Shown: positions 48,901 through 57,719, counted from the stretch's first letter. The stretch: DNA of 64,000 nt from Spirochaetales bacterium (GCA_037142615.1 JBAXAI010000001.1:64001-128000), one strand, 5' to 3'. Program-made: numbers and translations. Notes: generated by a model not told the origin, from the sequence alone.

Positions 48901-50463
48901 CCGGGGGTCGGTCTCATCTCACCGCCGCCTCACCACGACATTTACTCGATCGAAGACCTCTCGCAGCTGATTTTTGACTTGAAGAATGCCAACCCGAAGG
49001 CCAGGATCAGCGTAAAACTGGTTTCCGAGGTGGGCGTCGGCACCATCGCAGCCGGTGTCGCCAAGGGCAAGGCCGACCACATCCTCATCGCGGGGCATGA
49101 AGGCGGAACCGGCGCCTCACCACTGACGGGCATCAAGAACGCCGGTCTGCCTTGGGAACTCGGGCTTGCTGAGACCCACCAGACGCTCGTTATGAACGAC
49201 CTTCGCTCGCGGGTGACAATACAGACCGACGGTCAACTCAAGACCGGCCGGGATGTCGTGATCGCTGCGCTGCTGGGTGCCGAGGAAATGGGCTTTGCTA
49301 CCGGTCCACTCATTTCGTTGGGCTGCATCATGATGCGCAAGTGCCACAAGAACACCTGCCCTGTGGGCATCGCCACGCAGGATTCCCGCCTTCGCGAACG
49401 CTTCAAGGGCAAGCCAGAGTACGTGGAACGCTACCTGACCTTCATCGCAGAAGAGGCTCGGGGAATCATGGCTGAACTCGGAGTTCGCACCTTCAACGAC
49501 TTGGTGGGACGCGTTGACCTTCTGGAAACGGACGCGGCTGTGCTCCACTGGAAGAGCCGAAACATCGACCTGACACCGCTGCTGACCATGGCGAGCAAAC
49601 CCTACCCCGGAGCTGGCCTCTACAAGCAACAGGAACAGGACCACGGACTGGAACACGTTCTCGACAACCGGTTGATTGCGGGTGCCAAACCGGCCTTGGA
49701 GTCCCAGAAGAAAGTCGCGCTCACGCACAAGATCACCAACCTTGACCGCTCGACCGGGGTCATGCTCAGCCACACCATTTCCAAAAAGTACGGTGCGGCC
49801 GGGCTCCCTGACGGCACCGTGGACGTTGCCTTTACCGGACACGCCGGCCAGAGTTTCGGAGCGTGGCTGGCGAGGGGCGTCACATTCCGTCTCACCGGCG
49901 ACGCCAATGACTACGTTGGTAAGGGCCTCTCCGGCGGTCGCATCGTCATCGCCCCGCCAACCGACGCAGGCTACCAGCCCAGCGAGAACATCATCATCGG
50001 CAACGTGGCGTTTTACGGGGCCATCGAGGGTGAGGCTTTCATCCGAGGCGTGGCCGCCGAACGCTTCGCCGTCCGCAACTCGGGCGCCACGGTGGTTGTC
50101 GAAGGTGTCGGCGACCATGGCTGTGAGTACATGACGCGTGGCGAAGCCGTAATTCTGGGGCCAACAGGCCGCAATTTCGCTGCCGGTATGTCGGGCGGTA
50201 TCACCCATGTTTGGGATCCTCACGGGCACCTCAAGGCCAACATCAATCTCCAGATGGTCGAGCTGGAAGTTCCAGACGGAGAGGACCTCGTTCGGGTCAA
50301 GGAACTCTGCACGCTCCACCAGTCCTACACAGGGTCAGACGTGGCCCAGAAGCTGCTGTCCGACTGGCCGCTCCACAGCAAAGAGTTTGTCAAAGTGATG
50401 CCGGTGGACTACAAGAAAGTCCTGCTGGCTCAGAAAGCGGCCATGGCCGCGGAGGTGAAGTGA
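45922..50463 (+). CDS. gltB: Glutamate synthase large subunit
   Basis: DSCGVG, HSRFSTNTFPSW, GAMSYGSIS, AQGAKPGEGG, CIMMRKCHKNTCPVG, GXGXG domain. Confidence 0.98.
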   Translation: MPMVKRPESSGLYDPSFEKDSCGVGFLANIKGKRSHQILVDAAQILCRMDHRGARGAEVNTGDGAGILTALPWEFLEKVARRDAGLSLGARGTWAAGVVFLPQDIWEREACKAEIGSVIAARGQRLIGWRQVKVDNSSLGPSARAAEPVVEQLFVGSAAGLSADAFDRQLFLIRKKVTHALRSKPGFDSQSFFYVSSLSTRILVYKGMLTPDQVWSYYDADLSDPDYTTHLAMVHSRFSTNTFPSWDRAQPLRWMSHNGEINTVRGNINKMFARQQSLASDLFGPDLKEAFPIIEPDLSDSGDFDNVLELLVLGGRSLPEAVMMMIPEAWQNHTGMDAEKKAFYQYQSAIMEPWDGPASIAFTDGKVIGAVLDRNGLRPSRFYVTKDDLVIMASEVGVIDVPEADIRQKGRLQPGKMFLVDFEQGRIIDDAELKAGIAKARPYGEWVKNQKVTLADLKSDQAAHGFHPESVNQRINAFGYTHETLKVILKAMAESGQEPLGSMGNDAALAVLSEKPRMMYDYFKQLFAQVTNPPIDSIREEIVMSLESFIGPEHNLLSVTEAHAHRLYLSNPLLTNEQLAALKNSQVKGWKSKVVDITFAKLEGAAGLRAALERITLEAQTALESGFSLVILSDRAISADRVPVSALLATGAVHHHLTRLERRNQIGLLIESGEPREVHHYCMLAGYGADAVNPYLAFETLERMLLDDRYDGKHTLEDLLDHYLKAVAKGMRKVFGKMGISTLESYKGSQIFEAVGLDKEVIDKAFVGTASRIKGAGFEALGNEALQRHAFGYPDGNPDRFDSLPNPGDYHYRFGGEKHMWDPESIADLQRAVWQNDKAAYQRFSSRQSERNTNQATLHGLFKFKAGTAPLSLDEVEPASALVKRFVTGAMSYGSISREAHETLAIAMNRLGGKSNTGEGGEDVERFARLPNGDSKRSAIKQVASGRFGVSINYLTNADEIQIKMAQGAKPGEGGELPGDKVDKNIAKTRNSTPGVGLISPPPHHDIYSIEDLSQLIFDLKNANPKARISVKLVSEVGVGTIAAGVAKGKADHILIAGHEGGTGASPLTGIKNAGLPWELGLAETHQTLVMNDLRSRVTIQTDGQLKTGRDVVIAALLGAEEMGFATGPLISLGCIMMRKCHKNTCPVGIATQDSRLRERFKGKPEYVERYLTFIAEEARGIMAELGVRTFNDLVGRVDLLETDAAVLHWKSRNIDLTPLLTMASKPYPGAGLYKQQEQDHGLEHVLDNRLIAGAKPALESQKKVALTHKITNLDRSTGVMLSHTISKKYGAAGLPDGTVDVAFTGHAGQSFGAWLARGVTFRLTGDANDYVGKGLSGGRIVIAPPTDAGYQPSENIIIGNVAFYGAIEGEAFIRGVAAERFAVRNSGATVVVEGVGDHGCEYMTRGEAVILGPTGRNFAAGMSGGITHVWDPHGHLKANINLQMVELEVPDGEDLVRVKELCTLHQSYTGSDVAQKLLSDWPLHSKEFVKVMPVDYKKVLLAQKAAMAAEVK

Positions 50464-51920
50464 TGGGCAAGCCCACAGGATTCCTCGAGTTTGAACGCCA
50501 AAAGGTAAAGGACCGTCATCCCCGTGAGCGAATGGGCGACTTCCGCGAGTTCCTTGTTCCTCTGAAGGTCGACGAACGTCGTACCCAGGCTAGTCGGTGC
50601 ATGGACTGTGGCGTCCCGTTCTGCCAGTCCAGTTTCGGCTGTCCCGTCGACAACCTGATTCCGGAGTGGAATGATCTCGTGTACCATGGCAAGGACAAGG
50701 AGGCGTTCACCCGCCTTCGCAAGACGAACAACTTCCCCGAGTTTACGGGTCGCGTCTGTCCGGCCCCCTGCGAAACAGCTTGCGTGCTCGGCGTCACGAA
50801 CCCGGCGGTCACGATCAAGGACAACGAGGCCTGGATCATCGACAACGCCTACGAGCAAGGCTGGATGGTTCCTGTGCCTCCGCCCCACCGAACAGGCCGC
50901 CGTGTCGCGGTGATCGGTTCGGGTCCCTCGGGAATGGCTGCGGCGGACCAACTCAACCAGGCCGGTCATTTCGTCACTGTATTTGAGCGCAACGACCGTC
51001 TCGGTGGCCTGCTCATGTATGGCATCCCGAACATGAAACTCGACAAGGCCTTGGTCGAAAAGCGCTTTGCCCTCATGAAGGCCGAAGGCGTGGAGTTCCG
51101 GCCCAACACCTTCGTCGGAAGAGACGTGAAGCCCGAAGACCTGGTCAATGAGTTCGATGCAGTCCTGGTTGCCACGGGCGCCACCAAGCCCCGCGACCTA
51201 GGGGTTCCTGGGCGGCAATTCAAGGGTGTCCATTTCGCCATGGACTTCCTCACTGCCAACACACGAAGCCTGCTCAACAGCAACCTCGCCGACGGAAACT
51301 ACATTGACGCCAAGGGCAAGAAGGTCATCGTCATCGGAGGAGGCGACACCGGCAACGACTGCCTGGGCACTTCGCTGCGCCACGGTTGTACTTCGCTGGT
51401 CAACTTCGAAGTGCTTCCCCAGCCCTCCGAGGGTCGCACCGACGAGTCTCCCTGGCCGACCTATCCGCGCCTGTACAAGGCTGACTACGGCCACTCCGAG
51501 GCCGTCGAGAAGTTCGGTCAGGACCCGCGGGTCTATTCCATTTCCACCAAAGAGTTTCTCGGCAATGAAAAGGGCGAGCTCGTCGGCTTGGTCACCATCG
51601 ACGTGGCCTGGACCAAGGACGAGAAAGGCGCTTGGAAGATGGCCGAGGTAGCTGGCAGCGAGCGCAAGTGGGAAGCCGATCTGGTGTTCCTCGCCCTGGG
51701 TTTTCTCGGGCCCGAGGAAGAACTGGTCAAGCAACTCGGCGTCGAGCAGGATCCCCGGTCGAACATCAAGGCCGCCTACGGCAAGTTTCAAACGAATCAT
51801 CCCAAGGTTTTTGGTGCGGGCGACGCACGCCGCGGGCAGTCGCTGGTGGTCTGGGCTATCAATGAAGGCCGCGGAGCCGCCCGCGAGATCGACCGCTATC
51901 TCAGGGCCTTGCCACGCTGA
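50463..51920 (+). CDS. gltD: Glutamate synthase small subunit
   Basis: MGKPTGF, RCMDCGVPFC, FPEFTGRVCPAPCE, GGGDTG, RRGQSLVVWAI. Confidence 0.97.
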   Translation: MGKPTGFLEFERQKVKDRHPRERMGDFREFLVPLKVDERRTQASRCMDCGVPFCQSSFGCPVDNLIPEWNDLVYHGKDKEAFTRLRKTNNFPEFTGRVCPAPCETACVLGVTNPAVTIKDNEAWIIDNAYEQGWMVPVPPPHRTGRRVAVIGSGPSGMAAADQLNQAGHFVTVFERNDRLGGLLMYGIPNMKLDKALVEKRFALMKAEGVEFRPNTFVGRDVKPEDLVNEFDAVLVATGATKPRDLGVPGRQFKGVHFAMDFLTANTRSLLNSNLADGNYIDAKGKKVIVIGGGDTGNDCLGTSLRHGCTSLVNFEVLPQPSEGRTDESPWPTYPRLYKADYGHSEAVEKFGQDPRVYSISTKEFLGNEKGELVGLVTIDVAWTKDEKGAWKMAEVAGSERKWEADLVFLALGFLGPEEELVKQLGVEQDPRSNIKAAYGKFQTNHPKVFGAGDARRGQSLVVWAINEGRGAAREIDRYLRALPR

Positions 51921-51969
51921 TCCGGATGTGCTATAAGCAACTCTGCTATTCTTTCCATAGAGGGATTTT

Positions 51970-52284
51970 ATGTACGCGCTGGTAGAAATCAAGGGACATC
52001 AATTCAAAGCCGAGAAGGGTGCTGTCCTGCAAATCGATCATGTAGACGCCGCCGATGGCGCCGCCTTGGAGTTTGAAACGGTCCTGCTTGTCAGCGATGA
52101 CAAGGGTGTTCAGATCGGTGCTCCTTACCTCAAGGGAGCCAAGGTCAAGGCTTCCGTCACTTCGCAGACCCGCGGGCCTAAAGTGATCTCCTATAAGTAC
52201 AAACGCCGCAAGAGTTACCACCGTACGGTGGGGATCCGGGCCATGTACACCTTGGTCAAGATCGACGACATCGTTTTGGCATGA
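51970..52284 (+). CDS. rplU: 50S ribosomal protein L21
   Basis: MYALVEIKGHQF, IGAPY, KYKRRKSY. Confidence 0.96.
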   Translation: MYALVEIKGHQFKAEKGAVLQIDHVDAADGAALEFETVLLVSDDKGVQIGAPYLKGAKVKASVTSQTRGPKVISYKYKRRKSYHRTVGIRAMYTLVKIDDIVLA

Positions 52285-52622
52285 TCTCGGTCGCGGTTAG
52301 GTTGTCACCCGACAACCTGATCGGGGCCTTGGATTGTTCCGGACACGCCGGGTTTTCTTGGAAGGGCACAGACCTCGTCTGTGCCGCTTTCACGATCCTG
52401 CTTCGAACGTTCGTCCGAACCTGTGAACGCCTTCCGGAAGCGGGGTTTCAGGTTCGCGAGGACCGTTCGGGCAGTTTCCGGCTGCAGTTCGACAGCGTCC
52501 CATCGGACAACGTCGAGCAATTCCGAGGTTCCTGCTGGTTCTTCCTGCAGGGCGTCGACGACCTAGCCCGGGATTTTCCGGAACAGGTTAGTATTTCATA
52601 TTCCCAAGCTTCCGGGAGGTAG
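52281..52622 (+). CDS. Ribosomal-processing cysteine protease Prp (DUF464)
   Basis: SGHAG...DLVCAA between rplU and rpmA. Confidence 0.85.
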   Translation: MISVAVRLSPDNLIGALDCSGHAGFSWKGTDLVCAAFTILLRTFVRTCERLPEAGFQVREDRSGSFRLQFDSVPSDNVEQFRGSCWFFLQGVDDLARDFPEQVSISYSQASGR

Positions 52623-52626
52623 TCAC

Positions 52627-52884
52627 ATGGCACATAAAAAAGGCGCTGGTAGTTCCAAGAACGGTCGCGATTCAAATCCTAAGATGCTGGGCGTTAAGCG
52701 CTTTGGCAGTCAGACCGTGAAGGCCGGCGAAATCCTCGTCCGCCAGCGCGGCACGAAGTTCCACCCAGGTGAGAATGTCGGCCTCGGCCGCGATCACACC
52801 CTCTTTGCCATGGTGGCCGGTGTGGTGAACTTTCTCGAACGCCGCGGCAAGAAAACTGTCGCCGTGATCCCCGCCTCGGAATAA
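52627..52884 (+). CDS. rpmA: 50S ribosomal protein L27 (short form)
   Basis: [21 protein letters not shown]; GGAGGT SD. Confidence 0.97.
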   Translation: MAHKKGAGSSKNGRDSNPKMLGVKRFGSQTVKAGEILVRQRGTKFHPGENVGLGRDHTLFAMVAGVVNFLERRGKKTVAVIPASE

Positions 52885-52893
52885 CTGTACTAA

Positions 52894-53892
52894 TTGGAAG
52901 GCTTCGTCGACGAAACCATCATCGAAGTCTCTTCCGGCCACGGCGGGGCGGGCTCGGTGTCGTTTCGCCGTGAAAAGTACGTTCCATTCGGCGGTCCCGA
53001 CGGAGGCGATGGTGGCAGGGGCGGTGATGTCGTCTTCCAGGTGAAACACAACCTGAAGACCCTCGCTCACCTGCGAATGCGGCGCACCTTTCATGCCCAG
53101 AACGGCCAGCCCGGAATGGGCGAGCGCCGATTTGGCAAAGACGGAGAGTCTGTTTTCGTCACGGTTCCTCCGGGAACCCTGGTGATTCACAATGAAACCG
53201 GCGCGCTGCTGCACGATTTTTCGGTAGACTCCGAACCTCAGTGGGTCTACCTGACCGGTGGACGCGGCGGGCAGGGAAACTGGCATTTCCGTACCGCACG
53301 CCACCAAGTTCCCAAGCACGCTCAGCCTGGCATGGCCGGGTTCGCAGCAACGTTGCGGGTCGAACTCAATATTATTGCGGATCTTGGGTTCGTGGGGTTT
53401 CCCAACGCTGGCAAGTCCACCTTGCTCTCGCTTCTAACCAATGCGACGCCCAAAATTGCGGCCTATCCGTTCACGACGATGATTCCCAACTTGGGCGTCA
53501 TGCGCATCTACGATCAGGATGTGATTCTTGCCGACATTCCCGGCATCATCGAGGGTGCCTCGCAGGGGCACGGCCTCGGGGTCCAGTTCCTGAAACACAT
53601 TGCCCGGACCAAGGGTTTGGTTTTCCTGATTGACTTGTCCGATGAAAACCATGCGCAGACCTTCGCGACCTTGCTGGAAGAACTCCAGGAGTTCTCTCCG
53701 GTCTTGGCAACCAAACCCCGTGTTGTCTTGGGCTCGAAGACCGACCTTGACGAAGACGGAACCCGCTTGGAGGCTCTCAAGGCCTCGCTACCCCAGGAAA
53801 CAGTGCTGGGGATTTCGAGCTTTGCACGCGACCGCCTTGACGATGTCAGGAGGGTGTTTCTCCAACTGGCCGAGAAAGAGGCAGTGCTATGA
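52894..53892 (+). CDS. obgE: GTPase ObgE
   Basis: FRREKYVPFGGPDGGDGG, GFPNAGKST, YPFTT, DIPG. Confidence 0.96.
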   Translation: MEGFVDETIIEVSSGHGGAGSVSFRREKYVPFGGPDGGDGGRGGDVVFQVKHNLKTLAHLRMRRTFHAQNGQPGMGERRFGKDGESVFVTVPPGTLVIHNETGALLHDFSVDSEPQWVYLTGGRGGQGNWHFRTARHQVPKHAQPGMAGFAATLRVELNIIADLGFVGFPNAGKSTLLSLLTNATPKIAAYPFTTMIPNLGVMRIYDQDVILADIPGIIEGASQGHGLGVQFLKHIARTKGLVFLIDLSDENHAQTFATLLEELQEFSPVLATKPRVVLGSKTDLDEDGTRLEALKASLPQETVLGISSFARDRLDDVRRVFLQLAEKEAVL

Positions 53893-54461
53893 CCACTTTG
53901 ATCATCGGTGGCACCTTCAACCCCTTTCACATCGGGCACCTGATGCTCGCCGAAGAAGCTGTCGCCCAAGAGCGTTTCGAGCGCGTCCTTTTTGTTCCGT
54001 CGCACAAACCGGCCCACAAGGTCATTGACGGCACCAGCGCCGATCAGCGGTTGGCTATGTTGCAGTTGGCCTTACAAACAAGTCCTTATCTCATCGAGAC
54101 CTGCGAGCTCTACCGCGAAGGCGTCAGCTATTCCATCGACACGGTGAAATGTGTGTTGGAACACCATCAGGTTACCGGGAAGCCCATGCTTTTGCTGGGT
54201 GACGACCTGTTTTCAACCTTCGACACCTGGAAAGACGCTTCCGAGTTGTGTTCGCTGGTTGACCTCTTGGTCGCGAGGCGAATGCACCAACAGCCGCTCG
54301 AGTCCGTGTGGCCTCACTTTGTGCTCACCAACAAGTTCCTGCCCGTTTCCTCTACGGAAATCCGCCAGCGGATCCGTTCCGGACAGGCGTGGAAGGCGCT
54401 TGTCCCACCCGCCGTGGCGTCCTACATTGACGACAACCGCCTGTACCGGGAGCCTGCATGA
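53889..54461 (+). CDS. nadD: Nicotinate-nucleotide adenylyltransferase
   Basis: GGTFNPFHIGH, PAHK, SYSIDT, LGDD, VSSTEIR. Confidence 0.94.
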   Translation: MTTLIIGGTFNPFHIGHLMLAEEAVAQERFERVLFVPSHKPAHKVIDGTSADQRLAMLQLALQTSPYLIETCELYREGVSYSIDTVKCVLEHHQVTGKPMLLLGDDLFSTFDTWKDASELCSLVDLLVARRMHQQPLESVWPHFVLTNKFLPVSSTEIRQRIRSGQAWKALVPPAVASYIDDNRLYREPA

Positions 54462-55633
54462 GGTCCAAGAATCTTCTGGATCCATCGAGGGTTTTGCTGG
54501 TCATTATTGCGCTTCTGAGCCTCGGGGCGGTGGGTTTTCTGGCCTTTCAGGTCAAATCGAACCGAGTCAAGGATGCCCTTGACGCCGGACAGACACTCGT
54601 CGTGCTTGTTTTGGTAACACACGACAAAGCACCGCTGTTCAACGAGATCTTGTTGTACAATCCGGCCACTCGCAAAACAGCGCTGGTGGATATTCCTCCG
54701 CAGACCGGTCTTTTGATTCCTGAACTGGGGCGTGTGGACGCAGTTTCTGCCCTGTACCGCCCTGAGGACCTGAAGTCCTATGTGGGTAAACTTGAGGAGC
54801 TCTCGGGGTTAACCATACCTTTTCAACTGCAAATCGATTCGACCGCACTCACTAGCCAGATCGACTTGCTGTCGGGAATGGAGCTCTTTGTACCCAAAGC
54901 CGTGGAGCTGACCAAGACCGACCCCATGGTTCTTCTTCCCAGCGGTAACAATCTGTTCGACGGAGCAAAGGCCACCGACTTTCTTCTCTACTCCGATGAG
55001 GGCGAGGAGTTGTCAGACCGGATCGCGAGGTACCAGAAGTTTGTTCAGTCGCTTTTGCGGCGCTGGGGCGAAAGTGAGGATTTCCTCGTGGCCGATGACG
55101 TATTTCCGCTGTTTTTCCGAACCATGAAGTCCAACATGGAAGAGGCCAGCCTCAAGAGCCTGATTTCGCTGGCCGCCGCCGCCGACTGGGAGCAGGTCGT
55201 GCTCCAGCGAGTGCTGGGGACCCTCCGGGTTGTGGATCAGAAGCCCTTGCTGTTCCCTCACTACAACGGTGCCCTTCTCAAGGAAACTGTGCACCAGGTG
55301 CAAGAAAGTCTGGGAACGGCCAATTCCGATCAGTTGGTCAACAGCACGCTTACGGTGGAAGTCCTCAATGGCACCAAGTTGATGGGTTTGGCAACCCGCA
55401 CCGCCAACCTCCTTCGCAACCAACGTTACGAGGTCATTTCGGCAAAGAACGCCGAAAACACCAACCAAGACAAGACGACCATCATCGACCGGACCGGCAA
55501 TCCGGAGCAGGTGCAGAAACTCGCTGATCTCTTGCACTGCAAGAAGATTGTCGTCCAGAATGATGCCCCGGACGGGGCTGCCAAGATCACGATTGTGTTA
55601 GGGAAGGATTTTGATGGCCGATACGTCCAATAA
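54458..55633 (+). CDS. LCP (LytR-CpsA-Psr) family protein with LytR_C domain
   Basis: One TM segment, LCP-like core, C-terminal VEVLNGT...GLA...ITIVLGKDF. Confidence 0.85.
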   Translation: MRSKNLLDPSRVLLVIIALLSLGAVGFLAFQVKSNRVKDALDAGQTLVVLVLVTHDKAPLFNEILLYNPATRKTALVDIPPQTGLLIPELGRVDAVSALYRPEDLKSYVGKLEELSGLTIPFQLQIDSTALTSQIDLLSGMELFVPKAVELTKTDPMVLLPSGNNLFDGAKATDFLLYSDEGEELSDRIARYQKFVQSLLRRWGESEDFLVADDVFPLFFRTMKSNMEEASLKSLISLAAAADWEQVVLQRVLGTLRVVDQKPLLFPHYNGALLKETVHQVQESLGTANSDQLVNSTLTVEVLNGTKLMGLATRTANLLRNQRYEVISAKNAENTNQDKTTIIDRTGNPEQVQKLADLLHCKKIVVQNDAPDGAAKITIVLGKDFDGRYVQ

Positions 55634-55973
55634 TACTACTCTGAGCCTGTTGGGCCAGTTTCTTCACGACAGCAAAGCACGCGACGTGCTCGTTCTCGAC
55701 GTGGCGTCGACCTGCTCCTGGGCGTCTACGTTCGTGATAGCCACGTACAACAGTCAGGGGCACCTGAAGGGTCTGGTCCAAGAACTAGACGACTGGAGTG
55801 CCGAAAATCTACCTGATGCACCCCATCGGCCCAAAAAAAATCAGGTCAACGACTGGATGCTCATCGACTGGGACGACATCGTCATTCACCTGTTTTCGGA
55901 AAGCGCCCGCTCGTACTACGAACTGGAAAAGCTTTGGTTCAACGCACCCGTGTTGTACCGGTCAACTCAGTAG
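55614..55973 (+). CDS. rsfS: Ribosome silencing factor
   Basis: KARDVLVLDV, FVIAT, WMLIDWDDIVIHLF, RSYYELEKLW. Confidence 0.93.
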   Translation: MADTSNNTTLSLLGQFLHDSKARDVLVLDVASTCSWASTFVIATYNSQGHLKGLVQELDDWSAENLPDAPHRPKKNQVNDWMLIDWDDIVIHLFSESARSYYELEKLWFNAPVLYRSTQ

Positions 55974-56194
55974 TCGAAGCCGGTGTACTCGAGGTCATCC
56001 TCGTCGTCCAGACTGTCCTCTTCGAAGTCGTCTTCATCATCAAAGTCGTCGAAGCCGTCTTCGTCGTCCAGATCGTCATAATCGTCGTCGGTGGAGTCCT
56101 CGTCGTCGTCATCGTCGAAGTCTTCTTCGAAGTCTTCTTCAAAATCCGAGTCGTAGTCATCAAAGTCTTCGTCACTGAGTCGATAGAAAGCCAT
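55967..56194 (-). CDS. Small hyper-acidic protein (75 aa, 46 Asp/Glu)
   Basis: ATG 56194 with AAAGGGA upstream; own consensus promoter; GAY/GAR/TTY codon periodicity. Confidence 0.75.
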   Translation of the reverse strand: MAFYRLSDEDFDDYDSDFEEDFEEDFDDDDDEDSTDDDYDDLDDEDGFDDFDDEDDFEEDSLDDEDDLEYTGFDY

Positions 56195-56249
56195 GGACGT
56201 CCCTTTGTTCGGTAAGTAATCACTTGGGCCTTCGCCCTGTTCTCCACGG

Positions 56250-56278
56250 AATTTAACCGGAGCCCGGGTCCCTGTCAA
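56250..56278 (-). promoter_or_regulatory. sigma70 promoter of the acidic-protein gene
   Basis: TTGACA-17-TAAATT on the minus strand. Confidence 0.7.
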
Positions 56279-56300
56279 TACGAAAAAGGAGAAATACCCT

Positions 56301-56328
56301 TTGACAAAACTGCGGGAAAAAGTAAAAT
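56301..56328 (+). promoter_or_regulatory. sigma70 promoter of the tRNA-Gln/rplY operon
   Basis: TTGACA-16-TAAAAT. Confidence 0.7.
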
Positions 56329-56360
56329 GCTCTTCTGTTATTTTGGGTGAGATTCTACTG

Positions 56361-56433
56361 TGGGACGTCGCCAAGTTGGTAAGGCACCAGATTTTGGTTC
56401 TGGCATCCGAAGGTTCGAGTCCTTCCGTCCCAG
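56361..56433 (+). tRNA. tRNA-Gln(UUG), CCA not encoded
   Basis: Acceptor TGGGACG/CGTCCCA, anticodon arm CCAGA-ttTTGgt-TCTGG, T-loop GGTTCGAGTCC. Confidence 0.96.
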
Positions 56434-56457
56434 TAACAAGTCGTCAAGGAGAGAAAT

Positions 56458-57111
56458 ATGGAACAAGTGACCCTGGCCTTTCAGGAAAGAGCCGATCTGA
56501 AGAAGTCGGCTTCTCGCCGCCTGCGCCTTGCCGGACGTATTCCCGCCGTCGTGTACGGTCAGGGAACCAAGGCCTCGATTTCGGTTGATGCCCATGAGTT
56601 CGGCATTCGCTTTGCCTCGTTCGGTGAAAACACTGTCATCAAGCTTCAGTCGGGGAAGACTAGCTACGAAGTGTTGGTCAAGGACTATCAGGACAACGTT
56701 TTGACGAACGAAGTTCAACACATCGACTTCTACCATATCAGCGCCACCAAGACCCTGCATACGAATGTGCCTGTACATGTGACGGGTTCGGCTATTGGCG
56801 TGCGCAACGGTGGTCTTTTGGAGACGGTCGTGCATGAACTGGAAGTCGAATGTCTGGCCAAGGACATTCCGCACTCCATCGTGGTGGATGTGGCAGCACT
56901 TGAAATCGGCAATTCGATCAAGGTGGGTGACATCGTTGCCCCGAGCGGCGTGAAGATCCTTTCAAGCCCCGATGCTGTTGTCGTGCATGTGATCTCGACG
57001 CACGGTCTGGCCGATGTGCCAGAAGCCGCTGAAGCCGCTCCTGCCGCTGAGGCAGTTGCCGCGGCTCCTGCCAAGGATGCCGCCGCTGCCAAGGCTCCCG
57101 CGAAGGCTTGA
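56458..57111 (+). CDS. rplY: 50S ribosomal protein L25/Ctc
   Basis: SRRLRLAGRIPAVVYG, QHIDFY, Ctc-type extension. Confidence 0.95.
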   Translation: MEQVTLAFQERADLKKSASRRLRLAGRIPAVVYGQGTKASISVDAHEFGIRFASFGENTVIKLQSGKTSYEVLVKDYQDNVLTNEVQHIDFYHISATKTLHTNVPVHVTGSAIGVRNGGLLETVVHELEVECLAKDIPHSIVVDVAALEIGNSIKVGDIVAPSGVKILSSPDAVVVHVISTHGLADVPEAAEAAPAAEAVAAAPAKDAAAAKAPAKA

Positions 57112-57719
57112 CCCGCTATATCGTGGGGCTGGGGAATCCCGGCCCCCGTTTTTCGAACACCCGCCACAACGCCGGTTTCTGGTTTGTGGAACAGTTGGCC
57201 GAATACTTGGGGCTTTCCTTTCGAAGGCCTTGGTTTCGGCCTTTTTTATCGGCTCGACTGGGCATTGGCGGCCACGAGTTAGTTCTCGTCAAGCCACTGG
57301 TATATATGAACCGGTCTGCGAAGGCGCTGGAAGTCTTGTTTCACAAGAAGCAACTTTTGGCCGCCGATCTCTTGGTCGTCGTGGACCAGATGGACCTGCC
57401 CCCGGGGCGCGCCAAGCTGAAATTGCGAGGAAGTTCCGCTGGGCACAACGGCCTGAAGTCTCTCGATGCCCTGTTGGCCCCCCACTCGTACGCGAGGTTG
57501 GCGCTGGGAATCGGAAGGAACAGTGCTGATGTCGTTGCCCATGTGCTGGGAAAACCTTCCCCCGACGACAGAGCCAAGATTGACGCGCTGATCCGTGACC
57601 TCGTACCTCTGGTCGCAGAAGGCTGGCAGGATTGGGAGGGACTGATCTATGGAGTCAACCACACCACAGTTGCTGCGGCACCTGAAGCAGAAGTGGAAGC
57701 AGTTTCACCTCCTTCCTGA
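57108..57719 (+). CDS. pth: Peptidyl-tRNA hydrolase
   Basis: IVGLGNPG, TRHNAG, KPLVYMNRS, GSSAGHNGLKS. Confidence 0.94.
   Translation: MTRYIVGLGNPGPRFSNTRHNAGFWFVEQLAEYLGLSFRRPWFRPFLSARLGIGGHELVLVKPLVYMNRSAKALEVLFHKKQLLAADLLVVVDQMDLPPGRAKLKLRGSSAGHNGLKSLDALLAPHSYARLALGIGRNSADVVAHVLGKPSPDDRAKIDALIRDLVPLVAEGWQDWEGLIYGVNHTTVAAAPEAEVEAVSPPS

Noticed and set aside
55970-56180. TCG/TCTTC-rich low-complexity tract with a short 12-bp tandem unit, considered as a VNTR or CRISPR
   Set aside because: There is no repeat-spacer structure; it is explained by Asp/Glu/Phe codons of the minus-strand acidic ORF. The Thr-rich and Val-rich frames are shadows.
56361-56460. tRNA-Gln as an integration site
   Set aside because: No integrase, duplicated tRNA 3' end or island was seen; rplY follows directly.
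57649-57719. 71-bp pth/tilS overlap as a programmed frameshift or fusion
   Set aside because: Both genes are complete and tilS has its own ATG with an upstream GGAGGG; no slippery site was seen.
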